This document shows, piece by piece, positions 1 through 8,548 of a stretch of 64,000 nt of DNA. The DNA is from Patescibacteria group bacterium (GTDB lineage: Bacteria > Patescibacteriota > Microgenomatia > UBA12405): contig JAHIPV010000020.1 in assembly GCA_018902845.1 (NCBI GenBank), forward strand, positions 10,810 to 74,809, read 5' to 3'. The position numbers and the translations under genes are program-made. A model generated the notes under the pieces. That model did not search any database. It was not told where the DNA came from and saw only the letters and a list, made by a program, of their open reading frames with translations. Within the stretch, counting starts at the first letter, position 1. The number at the start of each line of letters is the position of its first letter.

Positions 1-811
1 GATAATAATCATGCTGAATGTTGCCACCGGCGATTATGATGAAATAAAGACAAATTCCAAAAAGTGCAGCAAAACTGATTTTTTGAATATGTCTTTTTTT
101 GTAAATAAGGCCCAAAAAAAACGGTATGATGCCAAAAGTTCCCAGAATGAGTTTGGCAAGTCTTTCTGTAAATAACCAGCGGAACCAGTATGGTTTAAAA
201 GGAATAAGAGATTCTACGAAGCCGGACTCTGGATTGGGTTTCCAGTTGTTTTCGCTCAAAAATTTTCTTTGTTTGATAAAAAGCCATTTGTTGTAAGGGA
301 TGCCTTGGGGAAAATTTTGAATCCATTTTTGCCACAATAGAAATGGAATTAAAGATATAAGAGTAAATACAAGAAAGTGAAAAATAGTTTTCTTGTTTAA
401 TTTGCTTTTATATTTTTTTAGTCCGAGAACCAATAAAATTGGGAAAGCTACAATAATGGTGAATGGTTTTATTAAAATGGCAATGCTTAATGCCAGGCCT
501 GAAATGATTAGATTTTTTTCAAAAAGATAGAGCGAGAAAAGCATAAAAAAAATAGCCGTTGGTTCTGGTAATATGGTTCGAGAGTAGTAAATGTTAAACG
601 GTAAAAAAAGAAAAACTAACAGCGAAAGAAAAGCCGGCCAGAATTGGCTTGAATATTTTTTGACAAAAAGAAACAGAATATAAGAGGTCAGGATTGAGAA
701 AAGAATTGAGACAAGACGGGAACTGATTTCGATGGTGAATTGTGGGGAGATTGATTTTAAGATTTGATGGAGATTAGCGCAAATAATATTATAGATTGGC
801 AATTCAACCAT
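1..811 (-). CDS. Partial polytopic membrane protein, GT-C-fold glycosyltransferase-like (ArnT/PMT-like); N-terminal ~270 aa, C-terminus lies beyond the window start
   Basis: I translated the minus strand by hand. A frame is open from Met at 811-809 down to position 2, with a stop upstream at 890-892. The product is a string of hydrophobic helices (e.g. FGICLYFIIIAGGNIQHDYY, ILPEPTAIFFMLFSLYLFEK). The ORF track omits it because it has no stop inside the window. Confidence 0.4.
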   Translation of the reverse strand, partial: MVELPIYNIICANLHQILKSISPQFTIEISSRLVSILFSILTSYILFLFVKKYSSQFWPAFLSLLVFLFLPFNIYYSRTILPEPTAIFFMLFSLYLFEKNLIISGLALSIAILIKPFTIIVAFPILLVLGLKKYKSKLNKKTIFHFLVFTLISLIPFLLWQKWIQNFPQGIPYNKWLFIKQRKFLSENNWKPNPESGFVESLIPFKPYWFRWLFTERLAKLILGTFGIIPFFLGLIYKKRHIQKISFAALFGICLYFIIIAGGNIQHDYY

Positions 812-1063
812 GCGGTAACCGTTGGGATTATCGAGATTTGATTGGATATTTGAGATATCGTGATAAGTGGGGATAAAAAAAGTGCCGGTTTTATAAGTAA
901 GATTTTTTGTGACTGAAGCGGTATCCGCTTGTCTATGTGAATGCCAATCGGCAACTGGGGAATTTATTTTATAAAGACGGACTAAAAAACCCAGAGTAAT
1001 TGAGAATATTAATAAAAGTTTTTGATATGTTTTCATTTTTTGGGGTTATAAATTTGTTTTATT

Positions 1064-1218
1064 CGTCATTCCGAGTGAACGAAGTGAATCGAGGAATCTC
1101 TGAAATTGTTTCAGAATTCCGACTTTGTCGGAGACCTCGCATTCGCGAGACCTGCCTGTCGGTAGGCATGGGATCCTTCGACTTCTCCGCCAGTTGGCGG
1201 ATTCGCTCAGGATGACAG
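1064..1218. repeat. Family-B palindromic repeat element (~150 bp) with terminal inverted repeats GTCATTCCGAG...CTCAGGATGAC and an internal palindrome TCCGCCAGTTGGCGGA
   Basis: The termini are inverted copies of each other. Modules are shared with the copies at 9391-9507 and 61843-61933. The two small ORFs predicted here (1000..1215 +, 1046..1243 -) are encoded by the repeat itself. Confidence 0.6.
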
Positions 1219-1225
1219 GTGTTAT

Positions 1226-1336
1226 GTTTGTTTTATTCGTCATCCTGAACGTGAGTGAAGGATCTAGCGTTAGCGTTTATAATACGGCACTTTGTGCCTA
1301 GATTCTTCTCCCCCTGCGGGTGATCAGGATGACGAC
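1226..1336. repeat. Family-B palindromic repeat (TTCGTCATCCTGAACG ... GATTCTTCTCCCCCTGCGGGTGATCAGGATGACG)
   Basis: The 34-bp core GATCCTTCTCCCCCTGCGGGTGATCAGGATGACG recurs at 3460-3494 and 3770-3803. It overlaps the 3' end of CDS 1233..2711 and supplies its C-terminal residues (...RHPDHPQGEKN...). Confidence 0.6.
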
Positions 1337-2711
1337 TGTAAAATTTTAAAATTTTGTAATAGATTCCTATCATAATCCAAAAAAGATAAGCGGTTTTGGA
1401 GGCTTCAAAAACATCAATAAAAATAGCGTTGGCCAAAGTGGTCAAAAGACAGGCTAAAAATATGTAAATAAGATAATTTTGGTTTTTCTTTAGAGAGTGA
1501 ATGAAGAACCAAAAGAGAATGATAAAGAATGACAAAAAACCAAAAATACCCGATTCGCCCAGGAGTCTTAGATAATCATTGTCGGTGGCCAGTGTGATTG
1601 AACCGAGGCCGGTGCCAAGTAATGGGTTTTTGTAAAAAGCATTAAGGGCGCGGGGCCACTCAACGTTAAATCTGATTTCTCCGGAGCGGGAGACTCCGGC
1701 ATCAATATCAACTTCCGGATATTCTGGTGGTGTTGGATGTCTAAAAATTGTGGGAATGGGGGTGGTTTTTGACTTTGGTGTTGGGATTGGGGAAATTTTG
1801 AGTTTTAGTGTTGGTTGTGGTGACGGGGATGGAAGGATTACCGTTACTGTTGGCTTTGGCTTGAGTGTTTGAATAGTGGCAACAAGGCGGTCATTTAGTT
1901 GGTCGGATTTAAATAAATTTAAAATAACCAAAAGAGAAACAGGAATAATCCAGATCTTTTTTTTGATAAACAGAAGCATAAATATAGCTCCTCCCCAAAA
2001 AGCAAAAATTGAAATGCGGGAGACGGTAAAAACAAGCAATTGAAATAAAATTAACCAGATTATTAGAATTGGGATTTTTAATAAGCTTTTTTTTGATTTG
2101 AGAGTTATTCCAAGGATTAAAACAAGAATCACACTAAGAAAGGCGGCTAAATCGTAGTGGCCGGCAAAAGCAGCACTGATTCTTGACCACTTGGTTAAAT
2201 TTAAGATATAGCCTTTGGAAAATTCCTCATTCATGGTTGAAATGATGGGCCAGTTGAAATATTTTTGGCCATAACCATAAAGAGCCACAAATATGGAAGC
2301 TATTATCAAGAAAAAGAAGGGATATTTCAGATCTTTTTTAGACTGAACAGCGTCTATGGCTACAAAAGCAACAAGCATATATTCGATACGGCGAAGAAAG
2401 TGAAGAATCAGCAAATTAACAGGAGTGGTTTTTAGAATTAATATGGCATGAAGAGTAGAAAGAAAAATACCAGCAAAGTAAATTAAAAATAGTTTAAAAA
2501 GTGGGTTTTTAAAAACGGGTAATCTTTTTTTAATTTGTAAGATTGCCCAGATTAGTATAGAAACAGAGATAATAATGTCGTCGAGGCGAATGGCAACATA
2601 TGTATTTTTGACTGTAGATAGTGGAAATTTAGGATAAAGAGGGATAAAGAGGATAAGGATGGCTAAGACTGGCCTTAAGATATTGAACTTTTTTGTTATA
2701 TTTTTGAACAT
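1233..2711 (-). CDS. Polytopic membrane protein with internal Pro/Thr-rich linker, possible O-antigen ligase/polymerase-like (Wzy_C-like)
   Basis: 492 aa with many predicted TM helices and a PT-rich spacer (PKPTVTVILPSPSPQPTLKLKISPIPTPKSKTTPIP). Its C-terminal tail is encoded by a family-B repeat. Confidence 0.45.
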   Translation of the reverse strand: MFKNITKKFNILRPVLAILILFIPLYPKFPLSTVKNTYVAIRLDDIIISVSILIWAILQIKKRLPVFKNPLFKLFLIYFAGIFLSTLHAILILKTTPVNLLILHFLRRIEYMLVAFVAIDAVQSKKDLKYPFFFLIIASIFVALYGYGQKYFNWPIISTMNEEFSKGYILNLTKWSRISAAFAGHYDLAAFLSVILVLILGITLKSKKSLLKIPILIIWLILFQLLVFTVSRISIFAFWGGAIFMLLFIKKKIWIIPVSLLVILNLFKSDQLNDRLVATIQTLKPKPTVTVILPSPSPQPTLKLKISPIPTPKSKTTPIPTIFRHPTPPEYPEVDIDAGVSRSGEIRFNVEWPRALNAFYKNPLLGTGLGSITLATDNDYLRLLGESGIFGFLSFFIILFWFFIHSLKKNQNYLIYIFLACLLTTLANAIFIDVFEASKTAYLFWIMIGIYYKILKFYSRHPDHPQGEKNLGTKCRIINANARSFTHVQDDE

Positions 2712-3721
2712 AAGTTGCGATAGTTAGGTTTTATTATACTGCGTAAAAGAATTCCCGTTTTAATAAATAGTTTGGCAGTTTTGTATTGAAGTATGGATTT
2801 GTGTTTTTTAAAAAATGCTAGGATACCCTTGTATTCGTTGATTAGTTTATTCTGGTGGTGAGTGGCCGAGGCGCCACCCAGGTGAATTATTTGAGGGCCG
2901 ATTAAATACCAGATTTGAGTTTTGGGGTCAGATTTTTTTATACGATAGCACCATTCCAGTTCTTCGGCATACATGAAATAATTTTTATCAAAACCTTTTG
3001 TTTGGTTTATGGTTGATTTTCTAATAAGCATAAAAGCAGCGGTAACCCAGTCCTGTTGATGGTCTTTTTTATAAAAATTATCGTGAGTATAAAATTGAGG
3101 AGTGTGAGGGTGAATTGGGGGGATGAGTTTATTTATTAATGGCAAATCATCAAGTCCGATGGACCAGGCTAGAGTGTTTAAAAGATTGGGAAAGAAACCT
3201 CCGGAAGCTTGAATGGATTTATCCTTGTTTAGTAATTGGGCCGTACAGATGGAAGCTTCCGGATGAGCTGAGAGCCAGTTTAAAGATTGGCTGATGGCCG
3301 AATGAAGAATTAGAGTATCGGAGTTGAGAAAAAGAACATAGTTACCCTTGGCTAGTTTGATTCCTTGATTATTGGCACGGGCAAAACCTATATTTCGATT
3401 GTTTTTAATGATTGTAAAGTTAGGAACGTCATTCTGAGCAGAGCGAAGAATCTCAAGGGGATCCTTCTCCCCCTGCGGGTGATCAGGATGACGTTGTGTA
3501 AAAAATTTTTTGATAGCGGAAACTGAATCGTCTTTTGAGGCGTTGTCAATAACTATTATTTCGGTAGGGGTTTTGTGATCATCCTCCACAGGCGGACTAC
3601 GCGTTCGCTTGTTTTTTAGATTAAATTCCAGGCCTTTGTCTTTTAAAATTGATCTAAGGCAATCAATGGTAATTTTACTGGTATTGTAGGAAATAACGAT
3701 GATGGATAAAACGGGATTCAT
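2696..3721 (-). CDS. Glycosyltransferase family 2
   Basis: N-terminal motifs LSIIVISYNTSKITIDCLRSIL and IIVIDNASKDDS. The start is probably Met at 3721 (MNPVLSII); the upstream part of the ORF back to 3766 is repeat-derived (MTNKT). Repeats B (3426-3494) and D (3581-3618) are embedded in frame. Confidence 0.75.
   Translation of the reverse strand: MNPVLSIIVISYNTSKITIDCLRSILKDKGLEFNLKNKRTRSPPVEDDHKTPTEIIVIDNASKDDSVSAIKKFFTQRHPDHPQGEKDPLEILRSAQNDVPNFTIIKNNRNIGFARANNQGIKLAKGNYVLFLNSDTLILHSAISQSLNWLSAHPEASICTAQLLNKDKSIQASGGFFPNLLNTLAWSIGLDDLPLINKLIPPIHPHTPQFYTHDNFYKKDHQQDWVTAAFMLIRKSTINQTKGFDKNYFMYAEELEWCYRIKKSDPKTQIWYLIGPQIIHLGGASATHHQNKLINEYKGILAFFKKHKSILQYKTAKLFIKTGILLRSIIKPNYRNLCSKI
3426..3494. 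repeat. Family-B repeat copy inside the GT2 CDS
   Basis: CGTCATTCTGAGCAGAGCGAAGAATCTCAAGGGGATCCTTCTCCCCCTGCGGGTGATCAGGATGACG. It encodes HPDHPQGEKDPLEILRSAQNDV in the protein. Confidence 0.65.
3581..3618. repeat. Family-D repeat (CACAGGCGGACTACGCGTTCGCTTGTTTT)
   Basis: Near-identical copies at 5691-5728 and 8511-8532. It encodes KRTRSPPVE in frame. Confidence 0.55.
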
Positions 3722-3730
3722 ATTCAATGT

Positions 3731-3803
3731 TTTGTTCGTCATTCTGAACGAAGTGAAGAATCTCAATGGGATCCTTCTCCCCCTGCGGGTGATCAGGATG
3801 ACG
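3731..3803. repeat. Family-B repeat copy (between the GT2 start and the next CDS)
   Basis: TTCGTCATTCTGAACGAAGTGAAGAATCTCAATGGGATCCTTCTCCCCCTGCGGGTGATCAGGATGACG. Confidence 0.65.
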
Positions 3804-4353
3804 TGGGTGTTTGTTTTTTTGAAAATATAGATTTGTAAGTGTGGAAAGCGAAAAATAAAAAGGTTTCGAGAGATAAAAAGACGATTAGTCTATTGATAGG
3901 ATTAGTAGGAAAATGGCGGAGAGTAATCTTGGTTTTGAATTCCTGTTTTCCCACCATTAATCTGTTTTTAGCTCTTTTTTCCGGTATGGTAAATACGTCT
4001 TTTTCCCATTCAAAACCATTTATATATAAAGATTCTTTAAAAGGGATAATGATTTCTTCTAAGTAATAAGTTTGGATTGTGTCTTTTATAATTTCTTTGG
4101 CTTTTTCGGGGCGGTGGTTGATTTTTATGCTTAAGGGATGTTTTTTTTGGTAAGTGTTTACATAAAAATCTATAATTTGTTGCCTTTCTTGATCATTGTA
4201 AAAAGCTTTGACATTGGGAATTTGAACTGTATCACCCGGTTCGACAGATTTTAGTGAGTTAGGAAGATCTAGAATTTCAGGAGTGGGAATAAAAAGATAA
4301 TAGAGAGCAAGAGAATTAAAGATAATAAAAAGCAATATTTTTAGTTTTGACAT
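3793..4353 (-). CDS. Hypothetical protein with N- and C-terminal hydrophobic segments
   Basis: 186-aa ORF sitting in the operon between the acetyltransferase and GT2 genes. No motif recognised. Confidence 0.45.
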   Translation of the reverse strand: MSKLKILLFIIFNSLALYYLFIPTPEILDLPNSLKSVEPGDTVQIPNVKAFYNDQERQQIIDFYVNTYQKKHPLSIKINHRPEKAKEIIKDTIQTYYLEEIIIPFKESLYINGFEWEKDVFTIPEKRAKNRLMVGKQEFKTKITLRHFPTNPINRLIVFLSLETFLFFAFHTYKSIFSKKQTPTSS

Positions 4354-4357
4354 TACT

Positions 4358-4951
4358 TTACTGAAATAGCATGGGTCGGCCGAGCCGGTAACTTGGGTTT
4401 TTATTTTTTCTTTGTCCTATTTTTTTGGCTGGGACTCCGGCCCAGATTTCAAAATCAGGAATGTTTTTTGTTACCACTGCTCCGGCGGCTACAATTGCCC
4501 CTTTACCGATGGTGACATTGGGAAGAATAGTGGTTCGAGGGCCGATAAAAACATAGTCTTTTATAGTAACCGGTCCGTATTGATTTTCAAACTTCTTTGA
4601 ATGAATGTTGTGCTGATTAGTGTAGATTAAAACCTGGCTGGCTATGTCAACATGGTTGCCGATAGTAAGCTGGCCACGACCGTCCAAAAAAGCGTTATTT
4701 CCTACGATAGTCCCCTGCCCTATTTTTATTTTTGATGGTTTAAAAAAATTAGCACCAAGATGAATAGTGGAATTCCAAGGTAGTTCTATACCGGAGATGA
4801 TGTAGAAGAATTTGCGGATGGTGTGGGAAGGAATGTGTCCGATTATTTTTAAAATCAACAGCCAGAATTCGGAAAGAATGGTAAGAATGCGATTGGTGGC
4901 TTTTGGGATAAGGTTTTGAAAAGTGACTGGTTTGCCAATATAAGATTGCAT
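4358..4951 (-). CDS. Hexapeptide-repeat (left-handed beta-helix) sugar O-acetyltransferase
   Basis: Imperfect hexapeptide repeats: GQGTIVGNNAFLDGRGQLTIGNHVDIASQV ... IGPRTTILPNVTIGKGAIVAAGAVVTKNIP. Confidence 0.8.
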   Translation of the reverse strand: MQSYIGKPVTFQNLIPKATNRILTILSEFWLLILKIIGHIPSHTIRKFFYIISGIELPWNSTIHLGANFFKPSKIKIGQGTIVGNNAFLDGRGQLTIGNHVDIASQVLIYTNQHNIHSKKFENQYGPVTIKDYVFIGPRTTILPNVTIGKGAIVAAGAVVTKNIPDFEIWAGVPAKKIGQRKNKNPSYRLGRPMLFQ

Positions 4952-5325
4952 GGGTTAATTATAGTTGTTTTTGAGTTTTTATGCCACTGATGATATAATT
5001 GTTTATATGGGTACAACTAAGTGTGTTGAGTGCTTAGTGATTGGGTTGGGAAAATTGAGAGTTTTGGATGTGGAAAATAGGACCTATTTTAGAGGAGCTA
5101 GGCCAGATGGGAAATATTTACGTGTTAGTTTGAAGACTAAATTGCCTGTCAGGGGGGTTTTAATTGCTCGTGGTGGTGTTCCCATGGAAGGCACTACTGA
5201 TATTTTAGTTTTTCCAGATTAAGAGCGGTGTGTGGTTTTGGTTTAAAATCTTTTTTTGACCCAGTCGATAAGTTTGCCGATGTAAGATTGTATGAATTAA
5301 TTAAAGTTGTTTTTATGGATTTTGG

Positions 5326-6459
5326 CTATTTTTTGATTTCGATTGAATTAAATACCTGAATTATTCGTTTGGCGGCGATTGACCAAGTAAAATTTTTTGA
5401 GTTTTTTTGTCCCAGTTTGGAATATTTTTGGTGAATTTTGGGATTAATGATTTGGCGTATGGCGTTGACCAGCTCATCTTGTTTTCTTGGATTAAAAAAA
5501 ATAGCAGAATTACCAAGAACTTCTTTTAGTATAGAAATATTACTAGCCAAAACCGGAGTACCCAGTTTTTGGGCTTCGATGGCAATAATACCAAAGCCTT
5601 CGTAAGTACTGGGAATAACTAGGGCTTTGGCGTTTTTTAGCAAAACCCATTTTTGTTTTTCTGTGATGTAATCTGTAAAAATTATTTGTTCCACCAAAGG
5701 CGGACTGCGCGTTTGCTTGTTTGCGAGGTTTAATTTTTTGACGGTGGAAAAAATATTGTTAAAAAGCCAGCCTTTTTTACCGGCAATAACGAGTTGAAGA
5801 GAAGGAGAATTTTTCTTTGAGAATGATTTGATTAAAAATGGAATGTTTTTGGAAGGTTTAAGAGTGCCAAAATGAAGAAGATAGGGTTTTTGAATTTTAA
5901 ATTTTGATAGGATTAGCCTGCTTTGTTTGGCGGTGGTAGATATGGGAGTGGAAACGCCCGGATAAGCAACGGTAATTTTTTCTGTTTGGATGTTATATTT
6001 TTTTATAATTTGTCTTTTGGTGAATTTGGAGATGGCAATTATGTGGCTGGCTTTTTTGATTGAATGGTTGGTCCAATTAGTTAGTTGATATAGGTCTTTT
6101 TTAGTAAATTGGCCAGGATATCTTAAAAAGCCTAGATCCATTATGGAACAGATAGTGGGGCAGGAGGAAAAATAAGGTGAATAGTGGCTGAGTGAGAAAA
6201 AAAGGTCCAAAGGTGTGTTTTGGGTATACAGTTTAATAGGCAGAGCAAGTCGAGTCCAAAGTTTTTTGGGTCCAAATACACAATATTGCCAGTTTTTGGA
6301 TGGTTTTGGTAGATCATAAAGAGGCGGATTTTTTAGGTAGATGATGTAATTGTTGGTTTTGTCCAGCTTGTGAATATGAGTAAGAATATTGTAAGCATAT
6401 TGACCGATACCGACGCGATCCTTTATGTTTGCTTCGTTGCCATCGATTCCTATTAGCAT
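5326..6459 (-). CDS. Glycosyltransferase family 4 (GT-B, group 1)
   Basis: C-terminal E-x7-E motif PSTYEGFGIIAIEAQKLGTPVLASN. An in-frame family-D repeat encodes KQTRSPPLVEQ. Confidence 0.8.
   Translation of the reverse strand: MLIGIDGNEANIKDRVGIGQYAYNILTHIHKLDKTNNYIIYLKNPPLYDLPKPSKNWQYCVFGPKKLWTRLALPIKLYTQNTPLDLFFSLSHYSPYFSSCPTICSIMDLGFLRYPGQFTKKDLYQLTNWTNHSIKKASHIIAISKFTKRQIIKKYNIQTEKITVAYPGVSTPISTTAKQSRLILSKFKIQKPYLLHFGTLKPSKNIPFLIKSFSKKNSPSLQLVIAGKKGWLFNNIFSTVKKLNLANKQTRSPPLVEQIIFTDYITEKQKWVLLKNAKALVIPSTYEGFGIIAIEAQKLGTPVLASNISILKEVLGNSAIFFNPRKQDELVNAIRQIINPKIHQKYSKLGQKNSKNFTWSIAAKRIIQVFNSIEIKK
5691..5728. repeat. Family-D repeat copy inside the GT4 CDS
   Basis: CAAAGGCGGACTGCGCGTTTGCTTGTTTGCGAGG. 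Confidence 0.55.
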
Positions 6460-6474
6460 AATTTAATTAAATCA

Positions 6475-6535
6475 TAAATTCTAATATCTAAATTCTAAAT
6501 AATTTCAAAATTCAAATGTTCAAAACTCTAAACAA
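6475..6535. repeat. Family-C AT-rich intergenic module (TAAATTCTAATATCTAAATTCTAAA ... TTCAAATGTTCAAAAC), probable promoter region
   Basis: Near-identical copy at 48627-48685. Both copies are followed by a palindrome-E plus family-A hairpin module, and both lie upstream of minus-strand gene starts. Confidence 0.5.
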
Positions 6536-6607
6536 TTTTAAACAATTTTAAATAACTTTGTATTTTAGACAGGTTACAAACCTATTTCCAGACAAATATT
6601 GTTTTTT

Positions 6608-6635
6608 GCGGGCGACCGCAAGGGTCGCCCCTACA
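6608..6635. repeat. Family-A hairpin repeat GCGGGCGACCGCAAGGGTCGCCCCTACA
   Basis: Perfect 8-bp stem GGGCGACC/GGTCGCCC around a GCAAG loop. Four copies in the window; this one overlaps the 3' end of GT4 6631..7833. Confidence 0.7.
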
Positions 6636-7833
6636 GTAGCATTTTTTTGTAAATTTGCAATGTTTGGTGGGCGGTTTTGGTCCAGGAGAATTTGGAGGCT
6701 TGAATTAGACCTTTTTTGATGAGGGATTGGTGAAGCTTGGGAGAAATAGCTATTTTTTGAATAGCATTTTTAATGCTTTGGGTGGATTTTGGATTGATTA
6801 AAATTGTGGCGTTACCGGCTACTTCCGGCATGGAAGAAGTGTTGCTGGTGATAACCGGAGTACCGATAGACATGGCTTTTAGAATTGGCAATCCAAAACC
6901 TTCGTAAAGAGATGGATAAATAAGGGCGATAGCAGCGGCGTGAAGTGGAACCATGTCTTTTTCGGGAATATAGCCAAGAATTTTTATGGAGGATTGTTGA
7001 CAGATCCCTCGACTACGCTTCCAGCCAGAGGCGGACGCGGCGGGATGACATATGTCATTTCCCCAGCCGTATTTACCGGCGATGGCCAGTTGAAGGTTTG
7101 AGGTTGGATGTAAAAGTTTGAAGTTAGTAAATGCTTTGATTAATCGTGAGAGGTTTTTGCGGGGTTCACGGGTGCCTTGGGCGAGAATAAAATCGTCTAA
7201 TCCATATTTTTTCTTGATTTGATTAATTTGAATTTGCGGGCGACCGCAAGGGTCGCCCCTACACTTTTGTTTGAGTTGGTAAAATTTGGAATATTTTTTG
7301 GCTACGGCTTCGTAAATTACCGATGTAGTGTTGGAATTAATTTTTGGGAAAAGTTTAAGCAAATCTTTTTGAGTGTTTTTTGAAACACAAATAAAATGAG
7401 AACAGTGTTTTGTGGCTAGTTTCATTTTTTGAGTATGGGTGGAGATTATTTTTTGATCAAGCCATTGAGGATATATAAAAGGGGTAAGGTCGTGTATGGT
7501 GGTAATTAATTTAGCTTGTCTAGCTGGTGGTTGAGTCCAGTCAGAGGTATGAAAAACGTCGCATTTACCGATGAATGATTCTACGGGGAGAATATGGAGT
7601 TTGTTGAAAAGAATTTCTAGGAGTGTTATGGGTAGACGAAAATGAAAAATTTTTACATTAGAATGTTTTTTTAGCTTTTTGATTTCTGGTGGTAGTGGTT
7701 GACGGAGAGATGAAAAAAAAAGTTTATAAGTATTGGTTTTGTCTATTTTGACAAGATTTTTGACTAATTCTCGTGTGTAATTAGAAACTCCGGTGCCATA
7801 AGGGATAGATGAAATATCAATACCAATGATCAT
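6631..7833 (-). CDS. Glycosyltransferase family 4
   Basis: IYPSLYEGFGLPILKAMSIGTPVITSN. It carries an in-frame family-A hairpin (CRGDPCGRPQ) and a family-B-like insert (HPAASASGWKRSRG). Confidence 0.8.
   Translation of the reverse strand: MIIGIDISSIPYGTGVSNYTRELVKNLVKIDKTNTYKLFFSSLRQPLPPEIKKLKKHSNVKIFHFRLPITLLEILFNKLHILPVESFIGKCDVFHTSDWTQPPARQAKLITTIHDLTPFIYPQWLDQKIISTHTQKMKLATKHCSHFICVSKNTQKDLLKLFPKINSNTTSVIYEAVAKKYSKFYQLKQKCRGDPCGRPQIQINQIKKKYGLDDFILAQGTREPRKNLSRLIKAFTNFKLLHPTSNLQLAIAGKYGWGNDICHPAASASGWKRSRGICQQSSIKILGYIPEKDMVPLHAAAIALIYPSLYEGFGLPILKAMSIGTPVITSNTSSMPEVAGNATILINPKSTQSIKNAIQKIAISPKLHQSLIKKGLIQASKFSWTKTAHQTLQIYKKMLL
7003..7062. repeat. Family-B-like repeat fragment inside the GT4 CDS
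   Basis: GATCCCTCGACTACGCTTCCAGCCAGAGGCGGACGCGGCGGGATGACATATGTCATT, with the GGATGACA terminus and an ATGACATATGTCAT palindrome. Confidence 0.45.
7236..7264. repeat. Family-A hairpin copy inside the GT4 CDS
   Basis: TTGCGGGCGACCGCAAGGGTCGCCCCTACA. Confidence 0.7.
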
Positions 7834-7836
7834 GTT

Positions 7837-8097
7837 TTAGATAACTGTTTGAAAACTCCAGTTGTCTTTGTTTAATAAGACGGCCATTACCATGTTTTTA
7901 CTTCCTGTTTTTAACATTTTTTTCCCAAGTTTCCATGAACGTTGATATAAATTGCTGTTGACAGTGTCTATGGGGATTATTAGGGGTTGGGGTGGTAATT
8001 TTTTGAGAACTTGTGGATGTTCTAATAAATACTCGTTCATTTGATCCAAGAGGCGTTCGTTTGATTGATTTGATAATTTGTTAGTTTTTGTTTTCAT
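7837..8097 (-). CDS. Hypothetical protein
   Basis: 86-aa ORF packed between GT genes. No motif recognised. Confidence 0.35.
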   Translation of the reverse strand: MKTKTNKLSNQSNERLLDQMNEYLLEHPQVLKKLPPQPLIIPIDTVNSNLYQRSWKLGKKMLKTGSKNMVMAVLLNKDNWSFQTVI

Positions 8098-8491
8098 TTT
8101 TTTTAATGGTTTTCAAATAAATTCTAACATGTTTATTGTAATTTTTCCTTAAATATTTTCTTGTCCAAGATAGTGCTGTTTTTAAATCTTTAATTGGTGG
8201 GATATTTTCTAGGTTTTGTTTTCTTTTTAATAAATTATTGTAAATATGTCCGTGGAGATATATTTTTCCTTTGTGAAAAGTGTCAAAAACTAAAACATGT
8301 TTCCATTTATTCTGTATTAGACGAAGAAGTATGATTTTGAAATATAAAACCTCTTTTTTGTTTTTTGGATTGAGTTTGATTTTAATTATTTCTTTTGTTT
8401 TACCAGACCATCCCCTAAATGTTTCATAGCTGTGATCAAATTTTTTTGGTGGAAGTTTTGGAACTTTGGGATATTTATTTTTCTTAACCAT
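8081..8491 (-). CDS. Hypothetical basic protein
   Basis: 136-aa Lys-rich ORF in the operon. No motif recognised. Confidence 0.4.
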   Translation of the reverse strand: MVKKNKYPKVPKLPPKKFDHSYETFRGWSGKTKEIIKIKLNPKNKKEVLYFKIILLRLIQNKWKHVLVFDTFHKGKIYLHGHIYNNLLKRKQNLENIPPIKDLKTALSWTRKYLRKNYNKHVRIYLKTIKKNENKN

Positions 8492-8548
8492 TTCAATAAA
8501 TCTAAAATCTATCCACCACAGGCGGACTGAAGAATTTCTAAATAAATT

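Noticed and set aside
757-954. ORF 757..954 (-) as an independent gene
   Set aside because: It overlaps, in another frame, the open reading frame that continues from 811 to the window start. It is at best a frameshifted N-terminal piece of that membrane protein
1000-1243. Predicted small ORFs 1000..1215 (+) and 1046..1243 (-)
   Set aside because: Both are translations of the family-B palindromic repeat itself. The MTNKTN ends come from the repeat terminus TTTGTTTTATTCGTCAT. They are not genes
3839-4600. ORFs 3839..4066 (+) and 4412..4600 (+)
   Set aside because: They are antisense to, and fully inside, strong minus-strand CDSs (hypothetical protein 3793..4353 and acetyltransferase 4358..4951) and are composition-driven
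4965-5222. ORF 4965..5222 (+), 85 aa
   Set aside because: It lies in an intergenic stretch between minus-strand genes. It has no motif, a composition unlike neighbouring genes, and overlaps a duplicated gene-start fragment
6608-6635. Family-A hairpin as a rho-independent terminator
   Set aside because: Two of four copies are inside reading frames. The copy just downstream of GT4 6631..7833 has the hairpin overlapping the stop but has no U-tract on the transcribed (minus) strand
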